Assembly (NCBI GenBank): GCA_050239825.1
Contig: JBFXGO010000013.1
Span: 1-47,659 of the forward strand
Length of the DNA: 47,659 nucleotides
Direction: 5' to 3'
DNA from: a bacterium
GTDB lineage: Bacteria; Hydrothermota; 32-111
The translations under genes were made by a program, and so were the position numbers. The notes under the pieces are model-generated. The model was given only the letters and a program-made list of their open reading frames with translations, did not search any database and was not told the origin of the DNA. Of the stretch, positions 12,943 to 23,241 are shown piece by piece (positions within the stretch are counted from its first letter, which is position 1; every line of letters starts with the position of its first letter).

Positions 12943-14502
12943 TTAAAACTGCTTTACGAGTTTCAACAGCACATAGTAAGGTCTTTCATATACAGAGTAC
13001 TCTAATTCAAACCAGTCTTCATGGCTCAAGAGAAATTTGTTTATGGTGAGATTTGCCAAACGGTTGTTGTTCTTTGTATTCTCATACATCACATAGCCGA
13101 TGTTTCTCTCTTTCATGTATTCAATTATCAGAGAATCTGTATCCGTATAAGGGAATATCTCGGTTTTTCTGTTTGAATGGATGTAGAACAACTCCGGCTT
13201 CATACTCATCACCACCGCATCTTCGGGTAAAGAGTCCTTTGCCCATATCGCCACATCGAAGAATGTTCTGATTCCTATTTCCTGCCTCATCACATTGTCA
13301 TGCCTGAAATTTAAATCCGTCTCGCCAAGCATATAAACCCGGCTTGGAATTTCTTTTGAAACAGTATATATGTTGAGAAAAATAGAGATGAATATGAATC
13401 CGACAGAAAGATAATATATTATGTCCACCTTTTTGTAAATTGATATTGCTACTCCGACAAATAGAAGAAGAAGCGCTATAAAAGGAGAGAAGAATCTGTC
13501 AGTGGTGAAATTTTCAGGCCAGAACAAAAGCATGCACATGTTGACAAAAAACCAGACAGGTTCAAAATACATGCGCCTCTTTATGAACACAACCGCGCCC
13601 CATATAAGCGAGACGATGTAAACAATAAGAACAGCCACATATTTAAGCTCCGGAGCAATATATACGCAGAAAGTTTTGGGAATTATGGTTGTAAAATAAT
13701 TCACTGTATTTATAAGCAGTCTCTGCGCAAAAGCCGCTTTATCTATCATCCCGAGATGCGGAAGATACCAGTTTTTATAGAGCACCTGCCTGAAATATAC
13801 AGACCCCTCTCCGGTGGAGAGATAAATATAGAAACTCCATATCTGAGACAGAAGCGCGAATCCGAACATTATAAGAAGGTTCTTCCACTCTCTCTTTATT
13901 ATAAAATAGAGAGTCATGGGGATAAAGACAAGAAAGCCGTTGCCTCTTATAAAGACAGAGAGAGTTGAGAAGAGCAGAAGAAGAAAATAATGCCTTCTGC
14001 TCTTAGTGCTGTCATACATTTTGAATGAATAAAGAATCAGGATTATAACAAGAATAAATAGTGATTCCGTCAGTATAAGAGACGACCAATCCACTATGTT
14101 TTTGCAGAAAATAAAAAGCCCCGTTAAAGACAAAACAATGACATTCTCCTTTAAATATAGTTTGAGAGTCTTGTAAAAGAAGAGAACCGAGAGCAGATAG
14201 AAAATCATTGAGAATATCTTCATCATAAATATATTTTCTCTTCCGAAGAGAGCCATTATCGCCGACAGAACAAGAGGAAAGAGAGGGGGGTATTGAGTGT
14301 GCAGATTCTCTTTGAAGGTGCTTATCTCTCTCATGAATTTTCCATCTAAAATCGAACGGCCGAGCATAATGTAGCGCCCATTGTCACCGCCCTGATTCAG
14401 CAGGATATCAAAATTCAAGACTCCCCAGATAAGAGCGGCTCCCATAATTCCTATTAGTATTAGCGCACCTTTTTTTTCAATGATTCTATTCAGCATCATC
14501 AT
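12943..14502 (-). CDS. GT-C fold (ArnT/PMT-like, family 39/83) membrane glycosyltransferase
   Basis: GGDNGRY, YPPLFP, LTESLF, R.NG and RFF.P motifs; many TM segments. Confidence 0.75.
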   Translation of the reverse strand: MMMLNRIIEKKGALILIGIMGAALIWGVLNFDILLNQGGDNGRYIMLGRSILDGKFMREISTFKENLHTQYPPLFPLVLSAIMALFGRENIFMMKIFSMIFYLLSVLFFYKTLKLYLKENVIVLSLTGLFIFCKNIVDWSSLILTESLFILVIILILYSFKMYDSTKSRRHYFLLLLFSTLSVFIRGNGFLVFIPMTLYFIIKREWKNLLIMFGFALLSQIWSFYIYLSTGEGSVYFRQVLYKNWYLPHLGMIDKAAFAQRLLINTVNYFTTIIPKTFCVYIAPELKYVAVLIVYIVSLIWGAVVFIKRRMYFEPVWFFVNMCMLLFWPENFTTDRFFSPFIALLLLFVGVAISIYKKVDIIYYLSVGFIFISIFLNIYTVSKEIPSRVYMLGETDLNFRHDNVMRQEIGIRTFFDVAIWAKDSLPEDAVVMSMKPELFYIHSNRKTEIFPYTDTDSLIIEYMKERNIGYVMYENTKNNNRLANLTINKFLLSHEDWFELEYSVYERPYYVLLKLVKQF

Positions 14503-14506
14503 CCTC

Positions 14507-17500
14507 TCATTTGAGTAAATTCAATCTAACCTTCCTGCATTTTCCATCATTCTCTCCCATCATAAAATAGAATCCAGAAGTAACTTCTCTTCCGGTTTTG
14601 TCAGTCAAGTCCCAGTCAAAAAGGAATCCTCCCCGCCCTATCTTGGAGTCAAAAAGGACCTTCACCACCGAGCCTTTGATATCCACAATGTAAAGCTTCA
14701 GATTCGACTGTTTCGGCACATTCACATTTATAATAGCCTTTTTGTTTTTCACCATATTTGATTTCATTGTTATGTTGAACTGAGAGTCATTCTCGGCAAG
14801 ATTGTATGAAGCGTTTATACCCTGATACCCGCAGGTAAAGGATCCTGTCGCGGATGACGCATAGGATAAAGGATCATAAACTCTCGCTCTCCAGAAGTAT
14901 GTTGATTCAAGATTGAGTTCGTTTGCTTCGTCAATTGTCAGTACCGCATTCTCTCCTGAAGCGTAAGCCGCCTTTGACCAGAGGTCGGAACTCACTCTCA
15001 TGTCAAAAGTGCGCACGATGTTTGAGAACATATTATCAGTCGATATTTCAATCACATACTTCAAGATTGTATCAGGGTCTCCGTCAGATGAAGTAACCGT
15101 CAGAACAGGTCTGTTTGAAACCATCTCGCTGTCTGAAGGAGAAACAAGAACAATGTCTGCCGGTGGGGTATTCATTACTATTCCGTCAGAGGCCACAATA
15201 GCAGACAACATATTTGCATTATTTTTTGAGTAAACTCTAAGATAGTATGTTTCATATCTTGCATAGAAATTTGTGCGGGTGCACCCGATGTTTTGCGGAT
15301 TTACGGTAAATGATTCCAGAAGTCCGCTTGAACTGCCGTAAATTTCTCCGTAAACTCCCTCTATTCCGCTCTCATTGTCATAGGGGGTTCCTCCCCATAA
15401 AAAGGAAAGCGAATTTGTGTAAGGAATCATCGAACCTCCGTCAGTCACATAATCCATTCCCGTCGGTTTTGTGGAATCAACATAAGCAGAGAGAACTGAG
15501 CGGGTGACATGGCCGTAATTATCTTTCAGTTCAACAAAAAGAGTGTGCGCAAATCTGTCTGCGAGAAGAGTGCAGACATAGGAGCTTTTATAAGGCTTGT
15601 AGATTCCCTTGTCCATTATATCCTCCGAGAATCGCACAGAGTCTGCTGTCACTGATTTTGAAGTGTTTATGTTGAGCGTGGGATATCTTGACTGGATGTA
15701 TTTTGACGGTGAATTATTGAACAGGGGCGTAAATGAGATTCCGTTTTTGTCATAGTCTATGTATTTGGTTATGGGAGAAGAATAGTTCCCCATATCATCA
15801 TAGAATCTTGCAGTTACAGTCTTTGTTCCTGCAACAGTGTCGCTGAACGGCACAACGATGGAGTAACCGCTCTGCATAGCTCCGCAGGGAACACTGTTTA
15901 TTTCAACAGATGCCATCTCTGAAACATTTTCCTGATAGTAGCAGAAGACGGTGCAGTAAGGTTCATTTGTATATACCGCGCCTCTGTTAACAGAAATAGA
16001 GCATGCGGATGGTGGAATATTGTCAAAAATAAGACCGTCTGAAATCACTCCTGTTCCCGCACCGCCTGAAAAGTACTGCCCGTAAACAGTTTTATATCCG
16101 CTTCCGGAGAGAAGATCCCACGATGTTGGAAAATTGTTAGTATAGGTGGAATGTGAAGACAAATCCGAATAATTTGAGATCCACAGGGAATCAACCGAAG
16201 TATATATTTTGAAAGCCATATCGACGAAAAGGTTGTACCATCCCATTGAAGTGGGATTGTAAAGCATTGTGCCTGATGGATATGATGCATCATCTGTCGA
16301 GACTCTCACCCCTCCGTTAAGATTATAATAATTGAAATAATCGCTGTAAAGCACAAGATGGTGAAGAGATGAAGAGTTGACCGAAATTGTTGAATCAAAC
16401 ATTGCATATTTCCACCCGTATCCTGCGGAGTCTATAAAGGTTTGTCCGAGAAGTGTCTTCGGGGTGTGCCAAGATCCGTCAAAAGAATCCGTGTATATTG
16501 CCACATACACTCCCGCAGAATCAACAAAAGTAAAGAAGATTTCGACTGCCTGAATTTTATCTGTATTTGGAATGAATGTCTGGGAGTAGCTTGTTCCCTC
16601 CCTCTTGTCATCATTGATATTGTTTGATACGCTCAATGCTTTGGGATAGGTCTCAATGGGCACATTAAGCGTATTTGTCAAATTTGCCCCGTCATTGAGA
16701 ACAAGAGAGCCCCTTTCGTTGAATGTAACTGTATCAAGAGCGCTCTCTCCCCAGCAGTTTTCGCTATTCACAAATGACGCGGTTATTTCATAGACGCCCG
16801 TGTTCTCCGGAAGAGTGAGTGATATCGGAGATGTTGAATACGGCATGTATTGTCCGAGGGATGGATAGCCGGAGACATTAAGTTGTACGAATCTCACCGG
16901 AAACATTGTATCTGCCGCAGAGAGAAGCAGATTGACAGAAGGGGAATATACTGTCGAGTTCTGAAGATTAATTGTCCCTGACGGCCCATCAACAACCATT
17001 ACTATGGAATCTTTTATAGAGTCAGAAACATTGCCGGCAAGGTCTTTAAACCTGTAGTAATAGCATGTCCAGTCATTTGAAGCCGGCTCATCAAGATTCA
17101 GTGAGATTATCACGGTTGAATCTTCTCCCGGTTCTGACATTTTATACTCTACCCAAGATGTAGTCGGAGTGCGCATCTCTATTGAATACAAACCTGAATA
17201 ATCGTCATGACCCGTGAATTTCAACATTACATCGCGAGTTTTAACGCACATATATTTTCCGTTTATGTAAAAATACCCGTCAAAATATTGTTTTGAGCCG
17301 TATGGCGGTGTTGAATCCGCTGTAATTATTGTAAAATCTTTTACAAGCTCCTGATTTGACTCAAAACCAATATATTCAAAGTGATGCTGAAATGCAGGAT
17401 GGGACACTTCAGTTAAAAATTTGAATGTGTCGGGAAGAGGAATGACTTTTTCAAATCTGTAGAACCCCATGCTGTCAGTTGTCGTGGAGTAAGCGCCAAT

Positions 17501-19204
17501 CGAAACATTTGCATCGGGAATCGGGTCTCCCTTTGCATTAAAAACCGTTCCCTCAATAGAGCCGTACTGATACATTCTCTTCACTATCAAGTAACTGTCT
17601 ATCGGAAGAGAATTGGTTACAAGATAGAAAGAAGTCGGGGCATAATCCGTTCCTGTGTCAGGTATCATTGTGAAGAGCACGGTATCGTTTCCCGGAAGAT
17701 ATGCATGAAAAAGCGTATCCGTTCCCTTGTAAAGTCCATCAACCCCGTAATTGGAATTGACTGTAAATACGCTGTCTGCCATAATTCTCGAATCAAGAGA
17801 ATCCTTAACTTCAACCATTATATGCTTCATCGGGGGAACCACTTCAATAATGGAGGACCTTTTATTATTCGAATATACAATCTCCTCTACAGATTGATTA
17901 TAGTTTATCTCCGCCTCTATCTTGTGCGTCCCTGTCTCAGGGAAAGTGTAATTAAACATATACCATCCGCCCTCTCCGCCGGAGAGAGAATCTATTGTAG
18001 TATAAAATTTGTAAATATTGTCAACTGTTATCTCCATTATCGATGTGTCGCTTATATCATCAAATTCATTTGAAAACTGTATTCCGATATCCGTGGCAAC
18101 ACCGGCCTGCACAAAATCAACCGGATTCCCCCAGCGGTCTTTGGAAAATTGGAAAAACTGCTTCACCACAAGGTCGGGCCTGTAAAGAGGCTCTCCTACT
18201 ACTTTGATAGGCACTGCCCACACTCTGTCATAATCGGGAACGCTTGAATGAAGTTCCATATCCCTTATCCCGATAAATTCATAAAAATCCTCATCTATCC
18301 AGTATGTTGAACCGATTGTTATTCCAAATGCCTGAAGACAGAGTCCGATTCTCCTGTAAAGGTCAACCCTGTATGAAGGATTTTCAAGATAAATATAACC
18401 TAAAGAATTCTGCGGCGCGAAAGAATCGATAAAGACTCTCAAATAAAGCGTGTCGTCCCTGTTCGTAAATGATTGCGGCTCAAACCACCTTTTTACAATC
18501 GAATTGTCTGTATATGAGTTCAGACGGATTTCCCCATTCTCTATTTTGAATCCTGCTGACAAACGCAGAGAGAGTATATCAAAGAGTCCGAGAGCATCAG
18601 AACCTCCGGATGAGCCATCCTTCGGATATAAAAGTATTGTGTCTCCTTTATTGTCCAGAAGTGCTCCGACAGTCCCCTTTGCCGCCTCCGACATTTCAGG
18701 TATAAGAGAGAGAAAATCAACAACATCATCTCCCGATGCTTTTTCCCCCGGGGAAAACGGAGGATTGTCATCACATTCAATATTAAAATTGAAATCAAGA
18801 CCGAGCCCGGGACCTGACGCCCACTCTCCTCCGAGAATTCCGAAGAGACGGGTGGCGCTTCCCACTCCTGCGCATGCTCCAAAGTTGGAATATATTGTGT
18901 GATTGGGACCTTTTACCGGTTCTGCAATTATTTTGACAAGAAGCGACTCTCCCTGAATAACAGAATCTGGATCCCAGATTACATTGATTTTTATATCTGA
19001 ATATAAATTTGCCGAAGCGAATCCTGCCGCGAGTTCCGCAAAAACTTTAAACCAATCAAAGGGGTCTGTTATCTCTTTATAAAAATCAACTCCATCCATT
19101 CCATCAACGTCTTTGTGCTCAACCGGAAAAGTATTCTCATAGTTAAGCGGAAATAAAAAAATACCAGTTGACATAATCAAAAGCATAAAAATGCATTTTT
19201 TCAT
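14507..19204 (-). CDS. Large secreted multi-domain surface protein (CARDB-like, carboxypeptidase-regulatory-like and Ig-like repeats; C-terminal FlgD-Ig/T9SS-type sorting domain)
   Basis: Likely start 19204 (MKKCIF signal peptide); PDLVV...SNN; GSIEGTV...PIPDANV; D.AGN Ig motifs; tail LYIVDIKGSVVK...WDLTDKTGREVTSGFYF. Confidence 0.8.
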   Translation of the reverse strand: MKKCIFMLLIMSTGIFLFPLNYENTFPVEHKDVDGMDGVDFYKEITDPFDWFKVFAELAAGFASANLYSDIKINVIWDPDSVIQGESLLVKIIAEPVKGPNHTIYSNFGACAGVGSATRLFGILGGEWASGPGLGLDFNFNIECDDNPPFSPGEKASGDDVVDFLSLIPEMSEAAKGTVGALLDNKGDTILLYPKDGSSGGSDALGLFDILSLRLSAGFKIENGEIRLNSYTDNSIVKRWFEPQSFTNRDDTLYLRVFIDSFAPQNSLGYIYLENPSYRVDLYRRIGLCLQAFGITIGSTYWIDEDFYEFIGIRDMELHSSVPDYDRVWAVPIKVVGEPLYRPDLVVKQFFQFSKDRWGNPVDFVQAGVATDIGIQFSNEFDDISDTSIMEITVDNIYKFYTTIDSLSGGEGGWYMFNYTFPETGTHKIEAEINYNQSVEEIVYSNNKRSSIIEVVPPMKHIMVEVKDSLDSRIMADSVFTVNSNYGVDGLYKGTDTLFHAYLPGNDTVLFTMIPDTGTDYAPTSFYLVTNSLPIDSYLIVKRMYQYGSIEGTVFNAKGDPIPDANVSIGAYSTTTDSMGFYRFEKVIPLPDTFKFLTEVSHPAFQHHFEYIGFESNQELVKDFTIITADSTPPYGSKQYFDGYFYINGKYMCVKTRDVMLKFTGHDDYSGLYSIEMRTPTTSWVEYKMSEPGEDSTVIISLNLDEPASNDWTCYYYRFKDLAGNVSDSIKDSIVMVVDGPSGTINLQNSTVYSPSVNLLLSAADTMFPVRFVQLNVSGYPSLGQYMPYSTSPISLTLPENTGVYEITASFVNSENCWGESALDTVTFNERGSLVLNDGANLTNTLNVPIETYPKALSVSNNINDDKREGTSYSQTFIPNTDKIQAVEIFFTFVDSAGVYVAIYTDSFDGSWHTPKTLLGQTFIDSAGYGWKYAMFDSTISVNSSSLHHLVLYSDYFNYYNLNGGVRVSTDDASYPSGTMLYNPTSMGWYNLFVDMAFKIYTSVDSLWISNYSDLSSHSTYTNNFPTSWDLLSGSGYKTVYGQYFSGGAGTGVISDGLIFDNIPPSACSISVNRGAVYTNEPYCTVFCYYQENVSEMASVEINSVPCGAMQSGYSIVVPFSDTVAGTKTVTARFYDDMGNYSSPITKYIDYDKNGISFTPLFNNSPSKYIQSRYPTLNINTSKSVTADSVRFSEDIMDKGIYKPYKSSYVCTLLADRFAHTLFVELKDNYGHVTRSVLSAYVDSTKPTGMDYVTDGGSMIPYTNSLSFLWGGTPYDNESGIEGVYGEIYGSSSGLLESFTVNPQNIGCTRTNFYARYETYYLRVYSKNNANMLSAIVASDGIVMNTPPADIVLVSPSDSEMVSNRPVLTVTSSDGDPDTILKYVIEISTDNMFSNIVRTFDMRVSSDLWSKAAYASGENAVLTIDEANELNLESTYFWRARVYDPLSYASSATGSFTCGYQGINASYNLAENDSQFNITMKSNMVKNKKAIINVNVPKQSNLKLYIVDIKGSVVKVLFDSKIGRGGFLFDWDLTDKTGREVTSGFYFMMGENDGKCRKVRLNLLK

Positions 19205-19283
19205 AAACATCCTTATATTGAAAATCATTATAGTATTTAATATTTTATTTGCAATAGATTTATCAAAAAAATTGTTTTTTTTA

Positions 19284-19292
19284 TGGTATAAT
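19284..19292 (+). promoter_or_regulatory. Extended -10 promoter of the TonB-dependent receptor gene
   Basis: TGGTATAAT 24 nt upstream of the ATG at 19317, with an AAGGAG RBS between. Confidence 0.55.
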
Positions 19293-19316
19293 CATAAATT
19301 ATTAAAGGAGAATCTT

Positions 19317-22300
19317 ATGAAAACAAATTTCAAAAAAAATATTATCTTAACCTGTTTTATTCTCATGTTATCCTTCAATGTTTATTCAGGAACAACAGGC
19401 AAGCTGGTAGGAAGAGTGACTGACTCTCAGACTCAGGAGGGATTGCCGGGAGTCAATATCACTCTGGAGGGAGTGAATCTCGGAGCAGTGACGGACAATG
19501 ATGGCTACTATTTCATCATGAACATACCATCAGGAACATATAGAGTGAAAGCGTATATACTATCCTACAGAGAGGCTCGACAGGACAGCGTATATGTCGG
19601 AGCCGATATGACGGCAAAGCTGAATTTCAAACTTTTGGTTCAGTCAATTGAAATGGATTCCGTCTATGTGGAAGCCAATGAACTGGTCAGTAAAAGCATA
19701 ACACAGCAGGAGAAGACAATAAACAAAGAGCTTCTCACGAGAGATATCGGAACGGACATAATCGCCGCAATAAAGAGACAGCCGGGAGTAGTTGAGGATC
19801 AGGAGGGAAAAATACATATCAGAGGCGGCAGAGAGGACGAAATTGCTTACATGATAGATGGAATGTCGATAGTTGAACCGCTCTTCAGAACACAACAGCT
19901 TTCAGTAAATAAAATGTTTGTAAATGAGATAAAACTTATTACAGGCGGATTCAATGCAGAATACGGTGAAGCGATTTCAGGTGTTGTAAACATTCTTACA
20001 AATGAAGGCACTTCTACCCCATCTTTCAAATTAATTTACGAGGGAAACTCTTTTATGCCGGGTGATTTAAACAACGGAGACAATCATTTGTCTGTTGAAA
20101 GCGGCGGGCCTCTGTATAAAAATTATCTTAAATATTTTGTATCGGGTGAAGTGTATGTATCAAATTATTTCACTCCAAAATATCATTCTATCCCTACTTT
20201 CTTCTATCAGAATGACAGCACAGGATATGCATACTATTTCAATTCCTATGATTACACTATTCATCTTGACCAATACGGACGAATGATTTGGGATTCAACT
20301 CTTACTGTTTATAAATGGAGCGATGATTCTGTTCCGTACTTTCGCTGGGGAACAGATACTGTGACTTATACGGATGTTGTTTTTGGAGACACGGTGATTG
20401 ATACAATTTACAGGCAGATACCTGTAATAGATACTGTTGTGGCAAATCCTTACGGACAGGATTTTATAGATTCAATAGGACATGTGTATCCTCATAACAG
20501 GCATTCACAGTACAACGGTCAGCTGAAACTGACATTTTCACCCTTCAATGCACTGAAACTAAACGCCAATGTCATCTATTCGAAATTTTCCAGCGAGATT
20601 CTAAACAATAATCTTAAATATAATCCTGACAGGGGGCTCAATGAGAATGGGAAATCCCTTCATGGAAGCATCTCCGGCAATCTGCTCATAAACAAAGCCA
20701 ATCTGCTTGTATTCTCGATAAACCACACTAAAAATGCTTCAGTGATGACCCACGGTTTTCCTGATACCCTGTTTGTAGACGGGGGCGATGGAACTATCGA
20801 CACATTTGCTCCTCAGAGCAGGTATTATGTAGAGTGGTATGAGTTCTGGAAGGATTACAGCACTATTGATGAAACGGCGTTTGAGAATCTTCCCTCACCT
20901 GACTATAAATTCAGAAACAACAATCCGTGGGGGTTCAATCCCTATGCAGTAACCGACCCGGAAGGCGCATCGTATATGTATCCTTTTTATTACGGACTCT
21001 ACCGCAGTTATTCATCAGCGGTAACCGAGTTTAAGATAGACCTTCAAAGTGTGATAAATCAGTTCAATGAAACAAAAATCGGATTTGATTATACTATGTA
21101 TGAGGCGTCAATGCTCTCAATGATAAAGCCATGGACACCTTACTATGAACGAGACAAGTTTACAGTCTCTCCATACAAAATATCCGCTTATGCGCAGGAC
21201 AAACTTGAATTCGAGCTGATGGTGCTGAATTTTGGGGCAAGGATTGATTTATTTGATGCCAATACTCCCTACTATCTCGACAAGTTTAAGAATTATGATG
21301 AGCCTTTATATATTGTCGACACAATAATTGAAGGGAATGACACATCTTATGTATCAGCGCCGAACATAACTCCGGATACTCTCTATGCAGGAGGAGTGTG
21401 GCCTGTGAAGATGGCTGAGAAAAAGCTTTCATTCTCTCCGAGATTTGGAATATCATATCCGATGGCTCCGAAGACATATCTTCGCTTTAATTACGGACAT
21501 TTTTATCAGACTCCTCAATTCACGCACCTCTTTACGAACCTTGAGTCCGATGCTTCAACTACTGAGGACAATGTCGTTTTCGGATATCCGAACCTAAACC
21601 CGGAGCATTCGATTTCATACGAAATGGAGATTGAAAGTGAATTGAGAAAAAATGTTTACTTCTCAGTATCAGCATTTTACAAGGATTTTTTTGATCTGAT
21701 AGGCGCAAGGTCGAAAAAATCTCTTGATGAGTTTTATTTTGAATATACAAACGAGGACTATGCAAACAGCAAGGGTATAGAGCTCTCTTTTGGAATATAT
21801 GAGAGAGTTCTCTCCTTCAACGGTTCATACACTCTCATGTATGCAACGGGCACCTCCTCAAATTCAGATGAAAAATTCAACAATTACTCGTTTTTCTACG
21901 ACCCTGAGACAGGAGAGGAGCTCTCTTCAATAACATCGACAAAGTATGTTGATTTCGACCAGAGACACACATTCAATTTGTCCTACACTTTCTCTTCCGA
22001 CTATATCACAATAAACAGATATGCAAAGAATTTGGATATAACATTCTTCCATGTCATCAAATCAGGCAAACCATATACGGGAACCTTTGCAAGTTTGGCG
22101 AACCTCTTCGACAACAGTTCAAGAATGCCATGGGGATTCTATACAGATTTTAAAATTTCCAAAGAGTTCGCATTCAGCGGACACACTGCATCAATTTCTC
22201 TGAAGGCGAACAATCTCTTTGATGTCAAAAACATCATTGATGTCTATGCAGAGACAGGAATGGCTGATGCCAACGGAAATCTTGGAAGTTTGAAACTTGA

Positions 22301-22490
22301 AGATTTTACGGAAGAGTATACAATCGGAGACTCTTACTATGACAGCAGACAGGACATCAACAATGACGGCAAGGTTACTCCTCTTGAACAGTACAGCGTT
22401 TATCTTGAAGCATACAAGGATTACTCTTACAATCCCCATAATTATGCGACTCCACGCACAATCATGATTGCAATTGAATTTGGATTCTGA
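19317..22490 (+). CDS. TonB-dependent receptor with N-terminal carboxypeptidase-regulatory-like domain
   Basis: Start 19317 with RBS; GTTGKLVGRVTD; plug HIRGGR.DE..YMIDG, GGFNAEYG..SGVVN; SPRFGISYP; C-terminal F. Confidence 0.92.
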   Translation: MKTNFKKNIILTCFILMLSFNVYSGTTGKLVGRVTDSQTQEGLPGVNITLEGVNLGAVTDNDGYYFIMNIPSGTYRVKAYILSYREARQDSVYVGADMTAKLNFKLLVQSIEMDSVYVEANELVSKSITQQEKTINKELLTRDIGTDIIAAIKRQPGVVEDQEGKIHIRGGREDEIAYMIDGMSIVEPLFRTQQLSVNKMFVNEIKLITGGFNAEYGEAISGVVNILTNEGTSTPSFKLIYEGNSFMPGDLNNGDNHLSVESGGPLYKNYLKYFVSGEVYVSNYFTPKYHSIPTFFYQNDSTGYAYYFNSYDYTIHLDQYGRMIWDSTLTVYKWSDDSVPYFRWGTDTVTYTDVVFGDTVIDTIYRQIPVIDTVVANPYGQDFIDSIGHVYPHNRHSQYNGQLKLTFSPFNALKLNANVIYSKFSSEILNNNLKYNPDRGLNENGKSLHGSISGNLLINKANLLVFSINHTKNASVMTHGFPDTLFVDGGDGTIDTFAPQSRYYVEWYEFWKDYSTIDETAFENLPSPDYKFRNNNPWGFNPYAVTDPEGASYMYPFYYGLYRSYSSAVTEFKIDLQSVINQFNETKIGFDYTMYEASMLSMIKPWTPYYERDKFTVSPYKISAYAQDKLEFELMVLNFGARIDLFDANTPYYLDKFKNYDEPLYIVDTIIEGNDTSYVSAPNITPDTLYAGGVWPVKMAEKKLSFSPRFGISYPMAPKTYLRFNYGHFYQTPQFTHLFTNLESDASTTEDNVVFGYPNLNPEHSISYEMEIESELRKNVYFSVSAFYKDFFDLIGARSKKSLDEFYFEYTNEDYANSKGIELSFGIYERVLSFNGSYTLMYATGTSSNSDEKFNNYSFFYDPETGEELSSITSTKYVDFDQRHTFNLSYTFSSDYITINRYAKNLDITFFHVIKSGKPYTGTFASLANLFDNSSRMPWGFYTDFKISKEFAFSGHTASISLKANNLFDVKNIIDVYAETGMADANGNLGSLKLEDFTEEYTIGDSYYDSRQDINNDGKVTPLEQYSVYLEAYKDYSYNPHNYATPRTIMIAIEFGF

Positions 22491-23117
22491 TTATCTGCCT
22501 ACATGCTTGACATAAAACCAGAATGTCGGACTCCAGGCGGCAGGGCCAAAACTGTTCCAGCTTTGAACCCTCCAGTAGAGGGTATCAAGATTTGGGAAAT
22601 CATCATGTGGAAAGTATGTATCATCAACCATGGTCTGGTAGAGATACCTTATAAAGAGAGAGTCAAAAGCCACTTCCACCAAATAGCTATCGGCAAAGGC
22701 CGCCATTTCCCACGACACCTGAACATCCGGCTCGTTCAACAAATCACCGTTTTTAGGCCAGTTGAGATTGATTACAGGGTCGGGTTTATCACCTGTTGAG
22801 AATGTTATGACCGGAGTCTCTTTAGTTGCAACATTATTTTCGGCAGCGATTTTCCAATAGTATGTGGTGCGCGGCAAGAGGCCGGTAAGTTCATACGAAC
22901 TTGCCGTCTGCTCCGAAATGACTGCAAGAGACTCCTCTATCTCTCCAAAGTAAATCTTGAAGATGTCAGCATTTTCGCATTGCCATATAAGCTGAATGGT
23001 AGCCTGCTGTTTCTCTGCATTGTCTTGAGGAACCAATATGACTATGTCAGAGGGCGGACGGCCAAGAAAAGAACATGAGGTGAGGAGGATAATCAAAATC
23101 AAAATATTTGTTTTCAT
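22491..23117 (-). CDS. Lipoprotein with two Ig/fibronectin-III-like domains
   Basis: LLTS-C lipobox; repeated P.[ND]G...W...Y...YYW[KR][IV] pattern. Confidence 0.75.
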   Translation of the reverse strand: MKTNILILIILLTSCSFLGRPPSDIVILVPQDNAEKQQATIQLIWQCENADIFKIYFGEIEESLAVISEQTASSYELTGLLPRTTYYWKIAAENNVATKETPVITFSTGDKPDPVINLNWPKNGDLLNEPDVQVSWEMAAFADSYLVEVAFDSLFIRYLYQTMVDDTYFPHDDFPNLDTLYWRVQSWNSFGPAAWSPTFWFYVKHVGR

Positions 23118-23241
23118 TATATAATTATGATACTGAAAAATTTCAATGTCAAGATATATGTTTTCATTTTAACATTTTAACTAAGTTTTTTATTGTTATT
23201 TTGTTTATTTTAATTATAATAAATATAAAAAGGAGTGTAAT

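Noticed and set aside
22340..22385. EF-hand/dockerin-like DINNDGKVT loop in the TonB receptor
   Set aside because: A single Dx[DN]xDG loop is common in secreted proteins and does not support a separate domain or system.
22488..22493. Abutting stop codons of convergent genes (22490/22491), and the 14-nt gap at 12928/12943
   Set aside because: Ordinary compaction. It shows only that not every convergent junction carries an array.
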